62,372 bases of DNA from Thermovirgaceae bacterium (lineage in GTDB: Bacteria > Synergistota > Synergistia > Synergistales > Thermovirgaceae): NCBI GenBank assembly GCA_046542505.1, contig JBKHBH010000003.1:1-62372 (forward strand), in the 5' to 3' direction. Positions 9,674 through 19,214 of this stretch are shown here, piece by piece. The notes below the pieces were generated by a model. The model was not told the origin of the DNA and ran no database searches. It saw only the letters and a program-made list of their open reading frames with translations. The translations under genes were made by a program, and so were the position numbers. Numbering within the stretch: position 1 is the first letter of the stretch; every line of letters begins with the position of its first letter.

Positions 9674-10437
9674 TGGCGGTTTTCCTCCCTGATCGAGACA
9701 AGCCCTGACGAAAAGCGTCTGACCGACGAGTTTTTGGAGGAGATCCACTCCTCTCGGGAACCTTCCCAGGCGATCCCGCCGGATTCCATAAGCACGAGGT
9801 TATCGCCGATTCCAAGTGCTGAAACAAGGTCATGAGTTACCACCAGTACGGCGACACTGAACTTGTGGCCCAGGTCGTAGAGAAGCGCATCTATGTGGCG
9901 GGCGGTTACAGGATCCAGACCGGTGGTCGGTTCGTCAAGCAAAATGACCTCCGGCTCATGGACAAGAGCTCTTGCTATGGCAACACGTTTCCTCATCCCG
10001 CCGGAGAGTTCCGCCGGGAACATTTCTGCAACATCGCCGAGTTCCACATGTTTCAGCATTTTGGAAACAGTTTCCTTTATCTTTTGTGTATCCGCAATCC
10101 CCTTGCAATATTGTAATGGAAAGCCAATATTCTGTCCTACCGTCATGGAGTCGAAGAGTGCGCCGTTCTGGAAAACGACTCCAAGTTTCCGCCTGAGAGG
10201 GACAATGGCATTTTCAGGTGTATCAGACTGGATTGTCCTTCCGAAAAAGCTTACTTCTCCTCCCTCAAATCGCTGTAACCCCGCAATGACACGAAGAGTT
10301 GTCGTTTTACCGCATCCGGAGGATCCGAGCAGGCACGTGGTCTTCCCTCTGTGCATTTCGAGAGTTACGTTCTGTAAAACCAGTTTTCGGTCGAACGAAA
10401 CGGACACGTTACGGAGGGAAATGATTGCTTCGTCCAT
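9670..10437 (-). CDS. mlaF: MlaF/Mkl-type ABC transporter ATPase
   Basis: GSSGCGKTT, VFQNGALFDSMTV, ELSGGMRKRVAIARAL, DEPTTGLDP, VTHD. Start refined to the ATG overlapping the mlaE stop. Confidence 0.9.
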   Translation of the reverse strand: MDEAIISLRNVSVSFDRKLVLQNVTLEMHRGKTTCLLGSSGCGKTTTLRVIAGLQRFEGGEVSFFGRTIQSDTPENAIVPLRRKLGVVFQNGALFDSMTVGQNIGFPLQYCKGIADTQKIKETVSKMLKHVELGDVAEMFPAELSGGMRKRVAIARALVHEPEVILLDEPTTGLDPVTARHIDALLYDLGHKFSVAVLVVTHDLVSALGIGDNLVLMESGGIAWEGSREEWISSKNSSVRRFSSGLVSIREENRQ

Positions 10438-11213
10438 CAGGCGACACCGCCAAACAGGAAAGCCGAAAGAATGTAGTTGAAAACGAGAATCAGCATATTG
10501 CCCCAGACAACGGCCCTGGTAGTGGCTATCCCGACACCTTTGGCCCCCTGGTCGGTCATAAATCCCTGGGAGCAGGCAGAGATGGATATGAGTGCTCCAA
10601 AAACGAGGGCCTTGAGCAGGCCTCCCCAAATATCTGAGGGATTCATGAGCGCCTCGATGGATCGCCGGAAGACATGTAGGTTTACACCGTGGGCGGCGAC
10701 GTATGCCGCGCCCCCGCCGATGCCGATAAAAAAGGAAAAGGCGGTGAGGACCGGAACCATGATAATGCTTGCAATCATCCTCGGTGTTCCGACGAAGACG
10801 ACTTCATCAAGTCCGAAGGCACGCAGCGCATCCAGTTGTTCGGTGACTTTCATTGAACCTATTTCGGCGGCCATCGAAGCACCGACCCTGCCGCTCACAA
10901 CGAGGCCGGTGAGGACTGGTGCCATTTCCCGGACCAGACTCAATGCAAGAACACCGCCGATGTAGCTGGAAGCTCCGAAGCGGACAAACTGGTCAAGAGT
11001 CTGCACAGCCATGACCATGCCTGTAAAGGCGCTCGTAATTGAAACGACAAGTATTGAATTTACGCCGATTCGTTCGAGCTGCTCAAAGAGATCCCTTCGG
11101 CTCCAGGTTTCACCGAATACGCCTCGTGCGATCTTCCAGAAAAACACACCGTAGGCTCCGAGGGTTTCCAGAAGACTTGTCACATTTTTCCCGATCCACG
11201 TCAAAAGCCGCAA
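10437..11213 (-). CDS. mlaE: MlaE ABC transporter permease
   Basis: VREMAPVLTGLVVSGRVGASMAAEIGSMKVTEQLDAL and GAKGVGIATTRAVV. Confidence 0.95.
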   Translation of the reverse strand: MRLLTWIGKNVTSLLETLGAYGVFFWKIARGVFGETWSRRDLFEQLERIGVNSILVVSITSAFTGMVMAVQTLDQFVRFGASSYIGGVLALSLVREMAPVLTGLVVSGRVGASMAAEIGSMKVTEQLDALRAFGLDEVVFVGTPRMIASIIMVPVLTAFSFFIGIGGGAAYVAAHGVNLHVFRRSIEALMNPSDIWGGLLKALVFGALISISACSQGFMTDQGAKGVGIATTRAVVWGNMLILVFNYILSAFLFGGVA

Positions 11214-11231
11214 GGGAGGGCTCCTTCCCCG

Positions 11232-13016
11232 TCAAAAAGCCTCCTTCTGTGCCGAAGGTTCCACCGTGACGTGAACATCCCTGCGGAGGAGGCCGTCAAC
11301 GTAATAGTTGGACTGGAACACTCTCATGATTCCCTTTTCCATTTTATCTTTCTTGATCTCGCTGAGAAGCCTGTAGTCCCTGTCTTCCGGCGGCGCTTCC
11401 CAGGGAGGCCTTGGGCTGGCATCACAATTCAGCTCGACGACGACCTCATTGTTTCTTTCCATTGCGTCGATCTCCTGCAGCAGGCCTTCAAGGTTCTTGA
11501 TGCTCCGGCGACCCTCAAGAAGAGATTCCTGCACCGGTTCGTCTATCCCCCCGCCCCTGACGACAACTTCACAGAGGCCCTGCGCGTCATCCGGCATCGT
11601 CAGGGTAAAGGTCTTTTCCTCGGCCTTTTCCCTGTAAGGCTTAAGTGTAACTTTCACTTCGAAAGTGTCTCCGGGATTAAGGGGTTCTTCCGGAACGGAA
11701 ACGTCTTCGATGAGGAGGACGCGTGGTTTTTGGGTCATCTCTACCTCAATGTGTAATCCGAGGGGACTGATCTCACGAAAAGGATTCAACATGACGGCTT
11801 TTACCAGATCACTCGTTTCCCGGAGCATGTCTTTGGTGATATCTTTTTCGGAATAAAACATGTTTGTTCTCTGCCATCCCGAGACAAGTTCTCCGCCCTC
11901 GACTTCGAAGGTGATTCTTGCCGTTCCCTCCCGCTTTTGTCCCCAGGTATTGTCCACGAGTCCCATAACGAGATCAGGAAAAATGTGCGAAACGAGATAC
12001 GGATCGTAAACCATGTGAAATCCTTTGTTTTTTTCCATGGTTGCATCTACGTCCTTCAGGATGACCGAAACGTCCACAGTAGGAGCGAATTTTCCCAATT
12101 GCCCCGCAATTCCCTGGGGCCTGTCTTGGGTTACGGTTCCAATGATAGACAGCGGTGTTCCGATCTTGAAGGGAGCTTGAAGACTGGGGATGACGTCATG
12201 AACCCAGGCTTTCGCCAGGGGGAATGAGACGCTTCCCCTGTTCATGAATGGGTGAGCAAAGGCGAGAAACCTGCCGTCATCTGATGAAGCCGTCAATGTT
12301 CCCGTTGCGGAAACGAGCACGTCCCCCCATGCCACCAGGGCGCTTACCGCGGAACCCGGCCGAAGCCTGGCATTAAGTTCCACCGGAAGGTTTTGCAAAT
12401 TTCCTGAAGAGGGAATAATCCTGTATGGCCCCTCGAGTATTTCCCCGACGTTTTCAGCAGCTCGTGAGCTCAGTCCCGAAATCAGCACAGGGGCGGTTCG
12501 TGCCGCTTTTTTTTCAGTCTCGGGCGATTCCGCCGGTTGGCCCGGTGATTCCCCCTTTTCCGGCAACGTCAGGTTCTGGAGGTCCGGCACCCTGTCCGGC
12601 CAGTTCCAGACATCCACCATATCCTCTATAGGTGTGACCAGCCCCCGATCATGTTCACTGAAATTCCATCCATAGCCGATGGCCCCCACGAGTTTGCCGT
12701 TTATGAAAACGGGGCTGCCGCTCATGCCCGCAGCGATACCGCCCGTTTCTTCAATGACCGGTCCCTCCGCCCGGATCAAAAGCAGATGTCTGGGTGTTTC
12801 TTCCGAGGGGAGAACGCTGAGAACCGTGACAGGAAAAGAGACGATTTCCCGACCCCGAACCACGGTATATGCCTTTCCGGTCATACCTTCTTTCACCTGT
12901 TCCAGGGGCATGATCTCTACGTTCGGGGTGAAGCGTGCGCCGGTTCCCTCTATGGAGTGGGCCTGAAATCCTGACAACAGGACTGCAAGAGCAAAAACGA
13001 AAACAAATTTTTTCAT
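11232..13016 (-). CDS. Secreted SpoIVB-like peptidase S55 domain protein
   Basis: Signal peptide MKKFVFVFALAVLL..., catalytic-Ser motif GGIAAGMSGSPV-INGKLVGA, AFAHPF. Confidence 0.8.
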   Translation of the reverse strand: MKKFVFVFALAVLLSGFQAHSIEGTGARFTPNVEIMPLEQVKEGMTGKAYTVVRGREIVSFPVTVLSVLPSEETPRHLLLIRAEGPVIEETGGIAAGMSGSPVFINGKLVGAIGYGWNFSEHDRGLVTPIEDMVDVWNWPDRVPDLQNLTLPEKGESPGQPAESPETEKKAARTAPVLISGLSSRAAENVGEILEGPYRIIPSSGNLQNLPVELNARLRPGSAVSALVAWGDVLVSATGTLTASSDDGRFLAFAHPFMNRGSVSFPLAKAWVHDVIPSLQAPFKIGTPLSIIGTVTQDRPQGIAGQLGKFAPTVDVSVILKDVDATMEKNKGFHMVYDPYLVSHIFPDLVMGLVDNTWGQKREGTARITFEVEGGELVSGWQRTNMFYSEKDITKDMLRETSDLVKAVMLNPFREISPLGLHIEVEMTQKPRVLLIEDVSVPEEPLNPGDTFEVKVTLKPYREKAEEKTFTLTMPDDAQGLCEVVVRGGGIDEPVQESLLEGRRSIKNLEGLLQEIDAMERNNEVVVELNCDASPRPPWEAPPEDRDYRLLSEIKKDKMEKGIMRVFQSNYYVDGLLRRDVHVTVEPSAQKEAF

Positions 13017-13029
13017 ACCTGGCTTCCTC

Positions 13030-13065
13030 CAGTATCTTTAACTCGGTCTGTGTCTTTAACTCGGT
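13030..13065. repeat. Tandem 18-bp direct repeat with a perfect 13-bp core, upstream of the S55-mla operon
   Basis: TCTTTAACTCGGT at 13035-13047 and 13053-13065. Confidence 0.85.
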
Positions 13066-13076
13066 GCGCAAACATG

Positions 13077-14178
13077 CTAGGACTGCTTCCGTCTTCTCAG
13101 TTCAGTGAAAATGAATTCATCGATGTCCCCGTCGATAATAGACTGGACATTTCCCTTTTCTGCATTTGTTCGATGGTCCTTTACCAAAGTGTAAGGATGG
13201 AACACGTAGGATCGGATCTGGCTTCCCCAGCCGATTTCCTTTTTCTCGCCCTCGATTGAATCAAGTTGCTCCTGCCGTTTTTGGAGCATTTTTTCAAAGA
13301 GACGTCCCCTGAGAATCTGCATTGCCACATCCCTGTTCATGTGCTGTGATCGCTCGTTCTGACAGCTTACGACAATGCCGGTCGGAATGTGGGTGATGCG
13401 AACAGCGGAATCTGTCATGTTGACATATTGACCACCGGCTCCACCTGAGCGAAAAGTGTCAATCCTGAGGTCTTCAGGGTCGATTTCGACTTCTACATCT
13501 TTCGGAAGATCCGGCGAGACGCTCACGGAGGCAAAACTCGTATGGCGGCGCCTGGCCGTGTCAAAGGGAGATATCCTGACGAGACGATGGACACCCCGCT
13601 CGCATTTGAGCAATCCATATGCGAAGTCCCCCTTGACGAGTACCGTTGCTGATTTTATGCCCGCCTCTTCTCCCTGTGACATCTCGAAAGGCTGCACTTC
13701 GAAATCATGGCGCTCAGCCCAGCGAAGATACATCCTGTAGAGCATTTCCGCCCAGTCCTGGGAGTCGAGACCACCCGCTCCTGCGTGGACCGTCAGGATC
13801 GCGTCGGTTTCATCGTATTCTTCGTCCAAAAGAAGCATAACCTGACGGTTTTCAAGATCTTTCTTAAGTGTTTCAGCTCTTTCCTGGAATTCATTTTCAA
13901 GACTCAGGTCATCCTCCATCGAGAGCAGTTCGGCAATAGTCTCGAGTTCCTCGAGTTCCATTTCATATCTCGCCCAGATTTCCTTGCGTTCCTGGAGCCG
14001 GGAGAGATTCCTCGTGATATCCTGGGCGTCATTTCTGTTCCAGAAACCGCTTTCGGTAGTCTTTTTTGTCAATTCCGCTATCTGACTGTCAAGGCCGTCC
14101 GGGTCAAAGGCTGTCCCGCATCTCACACACGCGTGAGCGCAGTTCCTCCAGTATTGTTGTTACGGGCAATACAGACAT
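13077..14178 (-). CDS. prfB: Peptide chain release factor 2, expressed via programmed +1 frameshift
   Basis: SD AGGAGG, ATG at 14178, 24 codons ending CTT-TGA-C (14109-14103). The +1 frame continues DPDGLD... with SPF and GGQ motifs. Confidence 0.96.
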
Positions 14179-14303
14179 CAGAATTCCTCCTTTTTCGGCG
14201 TGTCTCATGCCGTGCCACTTTCTGTGGCCGCCGACCGTTGTTGTCGGTGGCTTTTCATTATATCATCAGCTTCGGTCTCCGTAACTGATTGGAGTGACCT
14301 TTT

Positions 14304-15302
14304 ATGATGCGTTCCAACAAGACGAAAAAGGCGGTGCTCAGGGCTCTCCTGGAAGCGCCGGGGGAAATCTTTTCAGGCCCTGATTTATGTCGGATCTCGG
14401 GCGTATCGCGGCAGTCCGTATGGAAGGCTGTTGATTCGCTGCGGGTTGAAGGGTTCCAAATAGAAGCCGCGCCGCACAAGGGGTACCGGCTTGTCGATTC
14501 CGGTGCCGCGGATCTCAGCCCGACCTGGCTGGAACTAGCCCTTGAAGACACGTGTTGGGGAACAAATGTTTTCTTCTGGGAGTCTTTGGCTTCCACCCAG
14601 GAGCCTGCAAAAGAGCTTGCGAGGCAGGGAGCCCCCGAGGGCCTCCTGGTCATTGCCGAAGAGCAGACATTGGGAAGGGGGCGACTGGGCAGAAAATGGC
14701 AATCACCCCGGGGCGGAAGCATATGCTTTTCGGTAATAGTCCGACCGAACCTCCTTCCGGGAAGAATACAGCTTTTGAGTTTCGCAGCGGCGATTGCGGT
14801 TCATGAAACGCTGGAGAAGGATTTCGGAATCTCCTTTGAATTGAAATGGCCGAACGACATTCTTCATCAAGGCGCGAAGGTCTGCGGCATACTGACGGAG
14901 ACAGCAAGTGAGCCCGGCCATGTTCACTATGCGGTGACTGGAATAGGAATGAACGCCAACGTGGATTCGAGAACGATTGCAACGGACGTTGCAGGCAAAT
15001 CGACGTCCCTTTTGGCCATTTTGGGACGGCCGGTGCACCGCGGGGAAATTATCGCTTCCATCGTACGAATAATGGAACGCGAAGTCCGGCGTCTCGAAAC
15101 CGCTGAAGGGGGCAGAAAATGCATCAATGACTACAAGAAACGGTGTTCCACGCTGGGCCAGGAAGTCGTTGTACGTCATGAAAACGAGACGCTGCAGGGA
15201 ACGGCTGTCGGCATATCCGATTTCGGCGAGATTATCCTTGAAATATCAGGAAAAGAAAGGACCCTTGCCGCTGGCGATATTACACACCTGCGGACATACT
15301 AG
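14304..15302 (+). CDS. birA: Bifunctional biotin--[acetyl-CoA-carboxylase] ligase / biotin repressor
   Basis: N-terminal HTH (SG--L----GVSRQSVWK), QTLGRGRLGRKW-SP, LKWPND, KVCGILTE. Confidence 0.95.
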   Translation: MMRSNKTKKAVLRALLEAPGEIFSGPDLCRISGVSRQSVWKAVDSLRVEGFQIEAAPHKGYRLVDSGAADLSPTWLELALEDTCWGTNVFFWESLASTQEPAKELARQGAPEGLLVIAEEQTLGRGRLGRKWQSPRGGSICFSVIVRPNLLPGRIQLLSFAAAIAVHETLEKDFGISFELKWPNDILHQGAKVCGILTETASEPGHVHYAVTGIGMNANVDSRTIATDVAGKSTSLLAILGRPVHRGEIIASIVRIMEREVRRLETAEGGRKCINDYKKRCSTLGQEVVVRHENETLQGTAVGISDFGEIILEISGKERTLAAGDITHLRTY

Positions 15303-16153
15303 CGATATGCCAGCCCTTTCCCCATTCCTGGAGGGCGGACCCTGTCCCAGACAAGGAGATAGAGATCATAAAGATACAGGAAAAAGTCCTGGTCCTCTGA
15401 AGGTCCGGGAACAGTCAGACAAGAGGAAGGTTCGCCGATTTTTTCTATCACATGTTCCGGTGTCCAGGGATCACATAGTATCAGCCATCCCTGTTTTTTT
15501 GCCTCCTGAATCGCAACCTCGAGGGTTTTCATATCATGACCCTTCTCCCAGCTTTTTTTAACCGCCGCAGGCGGTCTGACGAGATCGCTGGTCGCAGCCT
15601 GTATCCATCGGCCGACTTGCCAACTGAGATCCAGAAGTCTTGTTGTCCCCAACATTTGCCTGCCCACAAGCACCGTACTGTCGAGGCGGGCGGAAAACTC
15701 CGCCAGGCGTCGCTGGTAGTAGGAATAATTGTCGGGATCAACCCGTGATATGTTCTTCAGGATCCTGAGTCCGATGAAAGGAAGCGTTGCCGGATCGAGA
15801 AAAGGCATATCCAGACTGTCGAGGCCCCCGAGATCCCTTTTGTAAAGCAGCATGACCGTGAGGTCTTCCTCCATTATTCCAGAGACTTTCGCATCGCTTG
15901 GATCGAAGGCCAGCACCACGGCCCCATCGGGTGGATTTTCTGTTCGCTTCAGTGCACCACTTTCATCCCACTTCTGTATCGAATGAATGGAACAATAGGC
16001 CCCTCCGATGAAGCGTGTCGTCATCTCGAGCCACGGATGGGTAACCCAGATCTCGACTGGTTCGTCAGATATTGCCGGGCCGCAGGAGATGAAAGAAGCG
16101 ATAATGGCAAGAAATATCGCTGTAATCCACCGATAGCGGAAAACGCCTTGCAT
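15299..16153 (-). CDS. Exported protein resembling a TroA/ZnuA-type substrate-binding protein, His ligands not evident
   Basis: Hydrophobic signal segment. D-PFLDP and DPDNYSYYQRRLAEF--RLD resemble the cluster A-I SBP backbone helix. Confidence 0.55.
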   Translation of the reverse strand: MQGVFRYRWITAIFLAIIASFISCGPAISDEPVEIWVTHPWLEMTTRFIGGAYCSIHSIQKWDESGALKRTENPPDGAVVLAFDPSDAKVSGIMEEDLTVMLLYKRDLGGLDSLDMPFLDPATLPFIGLRILKNISRVDPDNYSYYQRRLAEFSARLDSTVLVGRQMLGTTRLLDLSWQVGRWIQAATSDLVRPPAAVKKSWEKGHDMKTLEVAIQEAKKQGWLILCDPWTPEHVIEKIGEPSSCLTVPGPSEDQDFFLYLYDLYLLVWDRVRPPGMGKGLAYR

Positions 16154-16176
16154 TCTTTTGTCGGAACCACCTGTTC

Positions 16177-16755
16177 TCACGACTGACGGCTCCCCGGTTT
16201 CATCAATGGAATCCCTCGGCGGCAATACGGACATTCGGCCGGCAAATAGTTCGGAAAGGCGACATGCCAGAGGGAGTAAGGGGATTCAGGGAGGAGGGAT
16301 TCTCCGCCGCTCCTGTTGACGATACAGGCTGTTCCGAGCCAAATAGCTCTACCGCAGTCCCCAATGGCCTCTGCCGCTTCCAGGGATGATCTCCCCGTCG
16401 TGATCACATCCTCGACGACGATGAACCTCCCCGTTTCGGGACAGGGAAAGCGTCTCAGCTTCATTTCCCCTTCCTTTCTTTCGCAAAAAAGGAAGGGAAC
16501 GCCAAGATGTCTTGCCACTTCATGCCCGATAACCAGACCTCCCAGAGCGGGCGAAAGGATAAAATCAGGTTCGGCAGGTTTAATTGCCTCTGCCAGCAGT
16601 TTTCCGGCAAAGGCGGCATTGGAGGGATACCGTAAAAAAAGTGCGCATTGCATGTAATGTCCGCTGTGAAGTCCCGATGAAAGGGCGAAATGTCCTTCAA
16701 GCAGTGCACCTGATTCATGGAGACGACACTTCAGCTCCTTCGTGGTTTCATTCAT
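16177..16755 (-). CDS. pyrE: Orotate phosphoribosyltransferase
   Basis: GHFALSSGLHS, PALGG, PRPP motif VVEDVITTGRS. Confidence 0.96.
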   Translation of the reverse strand: MNETTKELKCRLHESGALLEGHFALSSGLHSGHYMQCALFLRYPSNAAFAGKLLAEAIKPAEPDFILSPALGGLVIGHEVARHLGVPFLFCERKEGEMKLRRFPCPETGRFIVVEDVITTGRSSLEAAEAIGDCGRAIWLGTACIVNRSGGESLLPESPYSLWHVAFPNYLPAECPYCRRGIPLMKPGSRQS

Positions 16756-17456
16756 TGTTTCAAATCCTCCAGTATGGTGTCAATCACGCTCCCGGGATTT
16801 GTTGCCTGGATAATCGGACGTCCCACCACGATAAAATCGGCACCTTCTCGTGCCGCCTTGGCAGGTGTCGCCGTTCTTTTCTGGTCGTCAGCGCCATCAT
16901 ACCCCAAGGGCCGAATTCCGGGCACTATTTTCATCAGGTCGTCAAAGACGGGGGTGCTGAACATCGGCAACTCCCTTGGCGAGCAGACAATGCCATCCAT
17001 ATGACTGTTTTTGGCCGCCTCCGCTCTTTTGAGCAACGATTCCCGCATGGGACAATAGGGATGGACCTCTTCCCAACTTTTTTGATCGAGACTCGTCAAG
17101 ACAGTGACGCCGAACAAAAGCGGCATTCCATTCCTGCGTTTTTTCCCTGCCGCCTTCATCATGTCGATACCACCCGAGGTATGTAGGGTGACAGCCCAGA
17201 CGCCTTCTGAAGAAAGAATCTCGACGGCGCCGCCAACGGTATTCGGAATGTCATGAAGTTTCAGATCGAGAAATATTTTCCAGCCGGCTTCAGTGAGTTC
17301 CTTGATGAAGGGCCTTCCGCCGCGTGCGAAAAGACCGGGGCCGACCTTGATGAACGTTACTCGCTTGCCCCAGGAATCAAGAAACCTGCGTGCCTTGTCA
17401 ACATTCTCGAAATCAAGGGCAAGAATCAACCCGGGCTTTTCGTTTCCTGCCACCAT
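16752..17456 (-). CDS. pyrF: Orotidine-5'-phosphate decarboxylase
   Basis: LILALD, FLDLKLHDIPNTV, VTVLTS, PGIR, DDQKR, VVGRPI. Confidence 0.97.
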   Translation of the reverse strand: MVAGNEKPGLILALDFENVDKARRFLDSWGKRVTFIKVGPGLFARGGRPFIKELTEAGWKIFLDLKLHDIPNTVGGAVEILSSEGVWAVTLHTSGGIDMMKAAGKKRRNGMPLLFGVTVLTSLDQKSWEEVHPYCPMRESLLKRAEAAKNSHMDGIVCSPRELPMFSTPVFDDLMKIVPGIRPLGYDGADDQKRTATPAKAAREGADFIVVGRPIIQATNPGSVIDTILEDLKQ

Positions 17457-17477
17457 TCCGCCTACCCCCGGTTTCTT

Positions 17478-18419
17478 TTAGGAATTCGAATTGTTCCCGC
17501 TGTCTTTGGCAGCTCCTACAAGATCGACAATGGAGTCAATTTTTTTACTGTCCAGAAAATCCGAAAGACCTCTTTCTATCCTGGAAATGATTCGGACATC
17601 CGAAAACAAAGCTGAACCTATCTGCACGGCCGAGGCTCCTGCCGCCATTACGACTACGGCATCCTCCCACGAAGAAATTCCCCCCGATGCAATAACGGGA
17701 ATTCGCGCAGCCGATGATATCTCCCAGACAAGCCTCACAGTTAGCGGAAAAACCGCCGGCCCGGAAAGCCCCGCATACTTGTTCTGGAAGACCGGCTTCA
17801 ATGTCTTTGGGTCTATGGCCATTCCGAGCCAGGTGTTGGCGACGGTGACAGCATCGGCTCCAGCTTTTTCGACGGCCAGCGCGGATGCTGAAATTGAGGT
17901 GACATTGGGGGAAAGCTTGACCCACAACGGGCCGTCCCATGTTCTTCGGGCCATTGAAACAATTCTTTCGAGTGACGTCCTGTCCTGTGCCCAGGAAAGT
18001 CCGCCGCTGGAGACATTTGGGCAGGATACGTTAAGTTCTACGGGAACCTTTCCGGCGGTCCTGCGAAGACGATCAAGAAGCCGGAGCAGTTCCTCATCCG
18101 TATCGAAAGCGAGATTGAAAACGAGGGGTATACCAAGACACGCCAGATCAGGGTATTCTTCACTGAGAAACGCGTCGATACCGGGATTCTGCAGTCCAAT
18201 GCTGTTCATTATCCCGCAGGGTGTTTCCCAGATACGAATACCGGGGTTCCCCTTCTTCGGTTTCAACGTCAACCCCTTAGTACAAAAGCCTCCCATGCCT
18301 TCTGTCGCCCCGGAAGGCCAACACTTTATGTCCATGGGCCACACACCGGAGGCGACAAGGATGGGTGTTTCGAATTCAAGCCCGCTTATCCGGACCGCCA
18401 TTTTCTTATGGAAACTCAT
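17478..18419 (-). CDS. pyrD: Dihydroorotate dehydrogenase, family 1B catalytic subunit
   Basis: ASG, TKG, GNP--RI-ET, NSIGLQNPG, ELNVSCPNV, VKLSPNV, GLSGPA. Start refined to MSFHKK. Confidence 0.93.
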   Translation of the reverse strand: MSFHKKMAVRISGLEFETPILVASGVWPMDIKCWPSGATEGMGGFCTKGLTLKPKKGNPGIRIWETPCGIMNSIGLQNPGIDAFLSEEYPDLACLGIPLVFNLAFDTDEELLRLLDRLRRTAGKVPVELNVSCPNVSSGGLSWAQDRTSLERIVSMARRTWDGPLWVKLSPNVTSISASALAVEKAGADAVTVANTWLGMAIDPKTLKPVFQNKYAGLSGPAVFPLTVRLVWEISSAARIPVIASGGISSWEDAVVVMAAGASAVQIGSALFSDVRIISRIERGLSDFLDSKKIDSIVDLVGAAKDSGNNSNS

Positions 18420-19206
18420 CCCAGAGAATCTCCTCCCGGCGGAAAACCGGCCCGTCAACACATACTCTCTTTGGTCCGTTCCGTGTCTGTACGATGCACC
18501 CCAGGCATCCGCCGTATCCGCAGGCCATCCTTCTTTCGAGGCTGACCCACACGGGAATTTTCCCAAGAGACTGAATGTCACCTAGGGCACGAAGCATCCC
18601 TTCCGGACCGCACGCCCAAATTTCGTCATGGAGATTCGACATCCGGTGCAGTCCGTCAATGACAGTACCTTTATCGCCGAAAGCCCCATTCTCGGAAAAA
18701 ACCGCTGTTTCCGGGTATCGTGAAAGAATGGCCTCGCAGAAGGTTTCCCATTCCTGCTCTCCCGACACGCCGACCACAAGTAACGTGTCTTTGATGGCAT
18801 GAAGACTTTGCCGGGCAAAAAGCAAGGGTGCTACGCCCATCGCTCCGGCTGCCAAAATAACTCTGTTTTTCTCCGGTTTCGGGAAGCCATTGCCGCAAGG
18901 CCCTCTCAATAAAAGAGCCACGCCCTTCTGGCATTCGGCAAGAAGAGCCGTCCCCCTTCCGCACACCCTGAAAAAAAACTCCAATGACCCATCCTCGCGA
19001 ATCCCGGAAGCAGCCAAGGGCCGTGAAAGGAAGGGATCCCTCGTTTTCCAGGCTTTGATCAGGAAAAACTGTCCGGGCACGGGTTTGGCGCCCCGGTCTT
19101 CAGGTTCCAGCGTCAACGACCAGATGCCCGGAGCTATCTGTTCCTTTTCCGCGATGGTTGCGGTAAAATCACGGATTTTGGCCAGATGCATTCCTGCTTC
19201 AGACAT
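18406..19206 (-). CDS. pyrK: Dihydroorotate dehydrogenase electron-transfer subunit
   Basis: PGQF, LSRP, GPCGNGF, ACGPEGML, [2Fe-2S] motif MACGYGGCLGC...CVDGPVF. Confidence 0.93.
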   Translation of the reverse strand: MSEAGMHLAKIRDFTATIAEKEQIAPGIWSLTLEPEDRGAKPVPGQFFLIKAWKTRDPFLSRPLAASGIREDGSLEFFFRVCGRGTALLAECQKGVALLLRGPCGNGFPKPEKNRVILAAGAMGVAPLLFARQSLHAIKDTLLVVGVSGEQEWETFCEAILSRYPETAVFSENGAFGDKGTVIDGLHRMSNLHDEIWACGPEGMLRALGDIQSLGKIPVWVSLERRMACGYGGCLGCIVQTRNGPKRVCVDGPVFRREEILWDEFP

Positions 19207-19214
19207 TCGGTGCG

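Noticed and set aside
17491..18585. 364-aa plus-strand ORF opposite pyrD, and similar shadows at 26330-27265, 42668-43630 and 50159-51202
   Set aside because: Antisense mirrors of real genes, with no protein family features.
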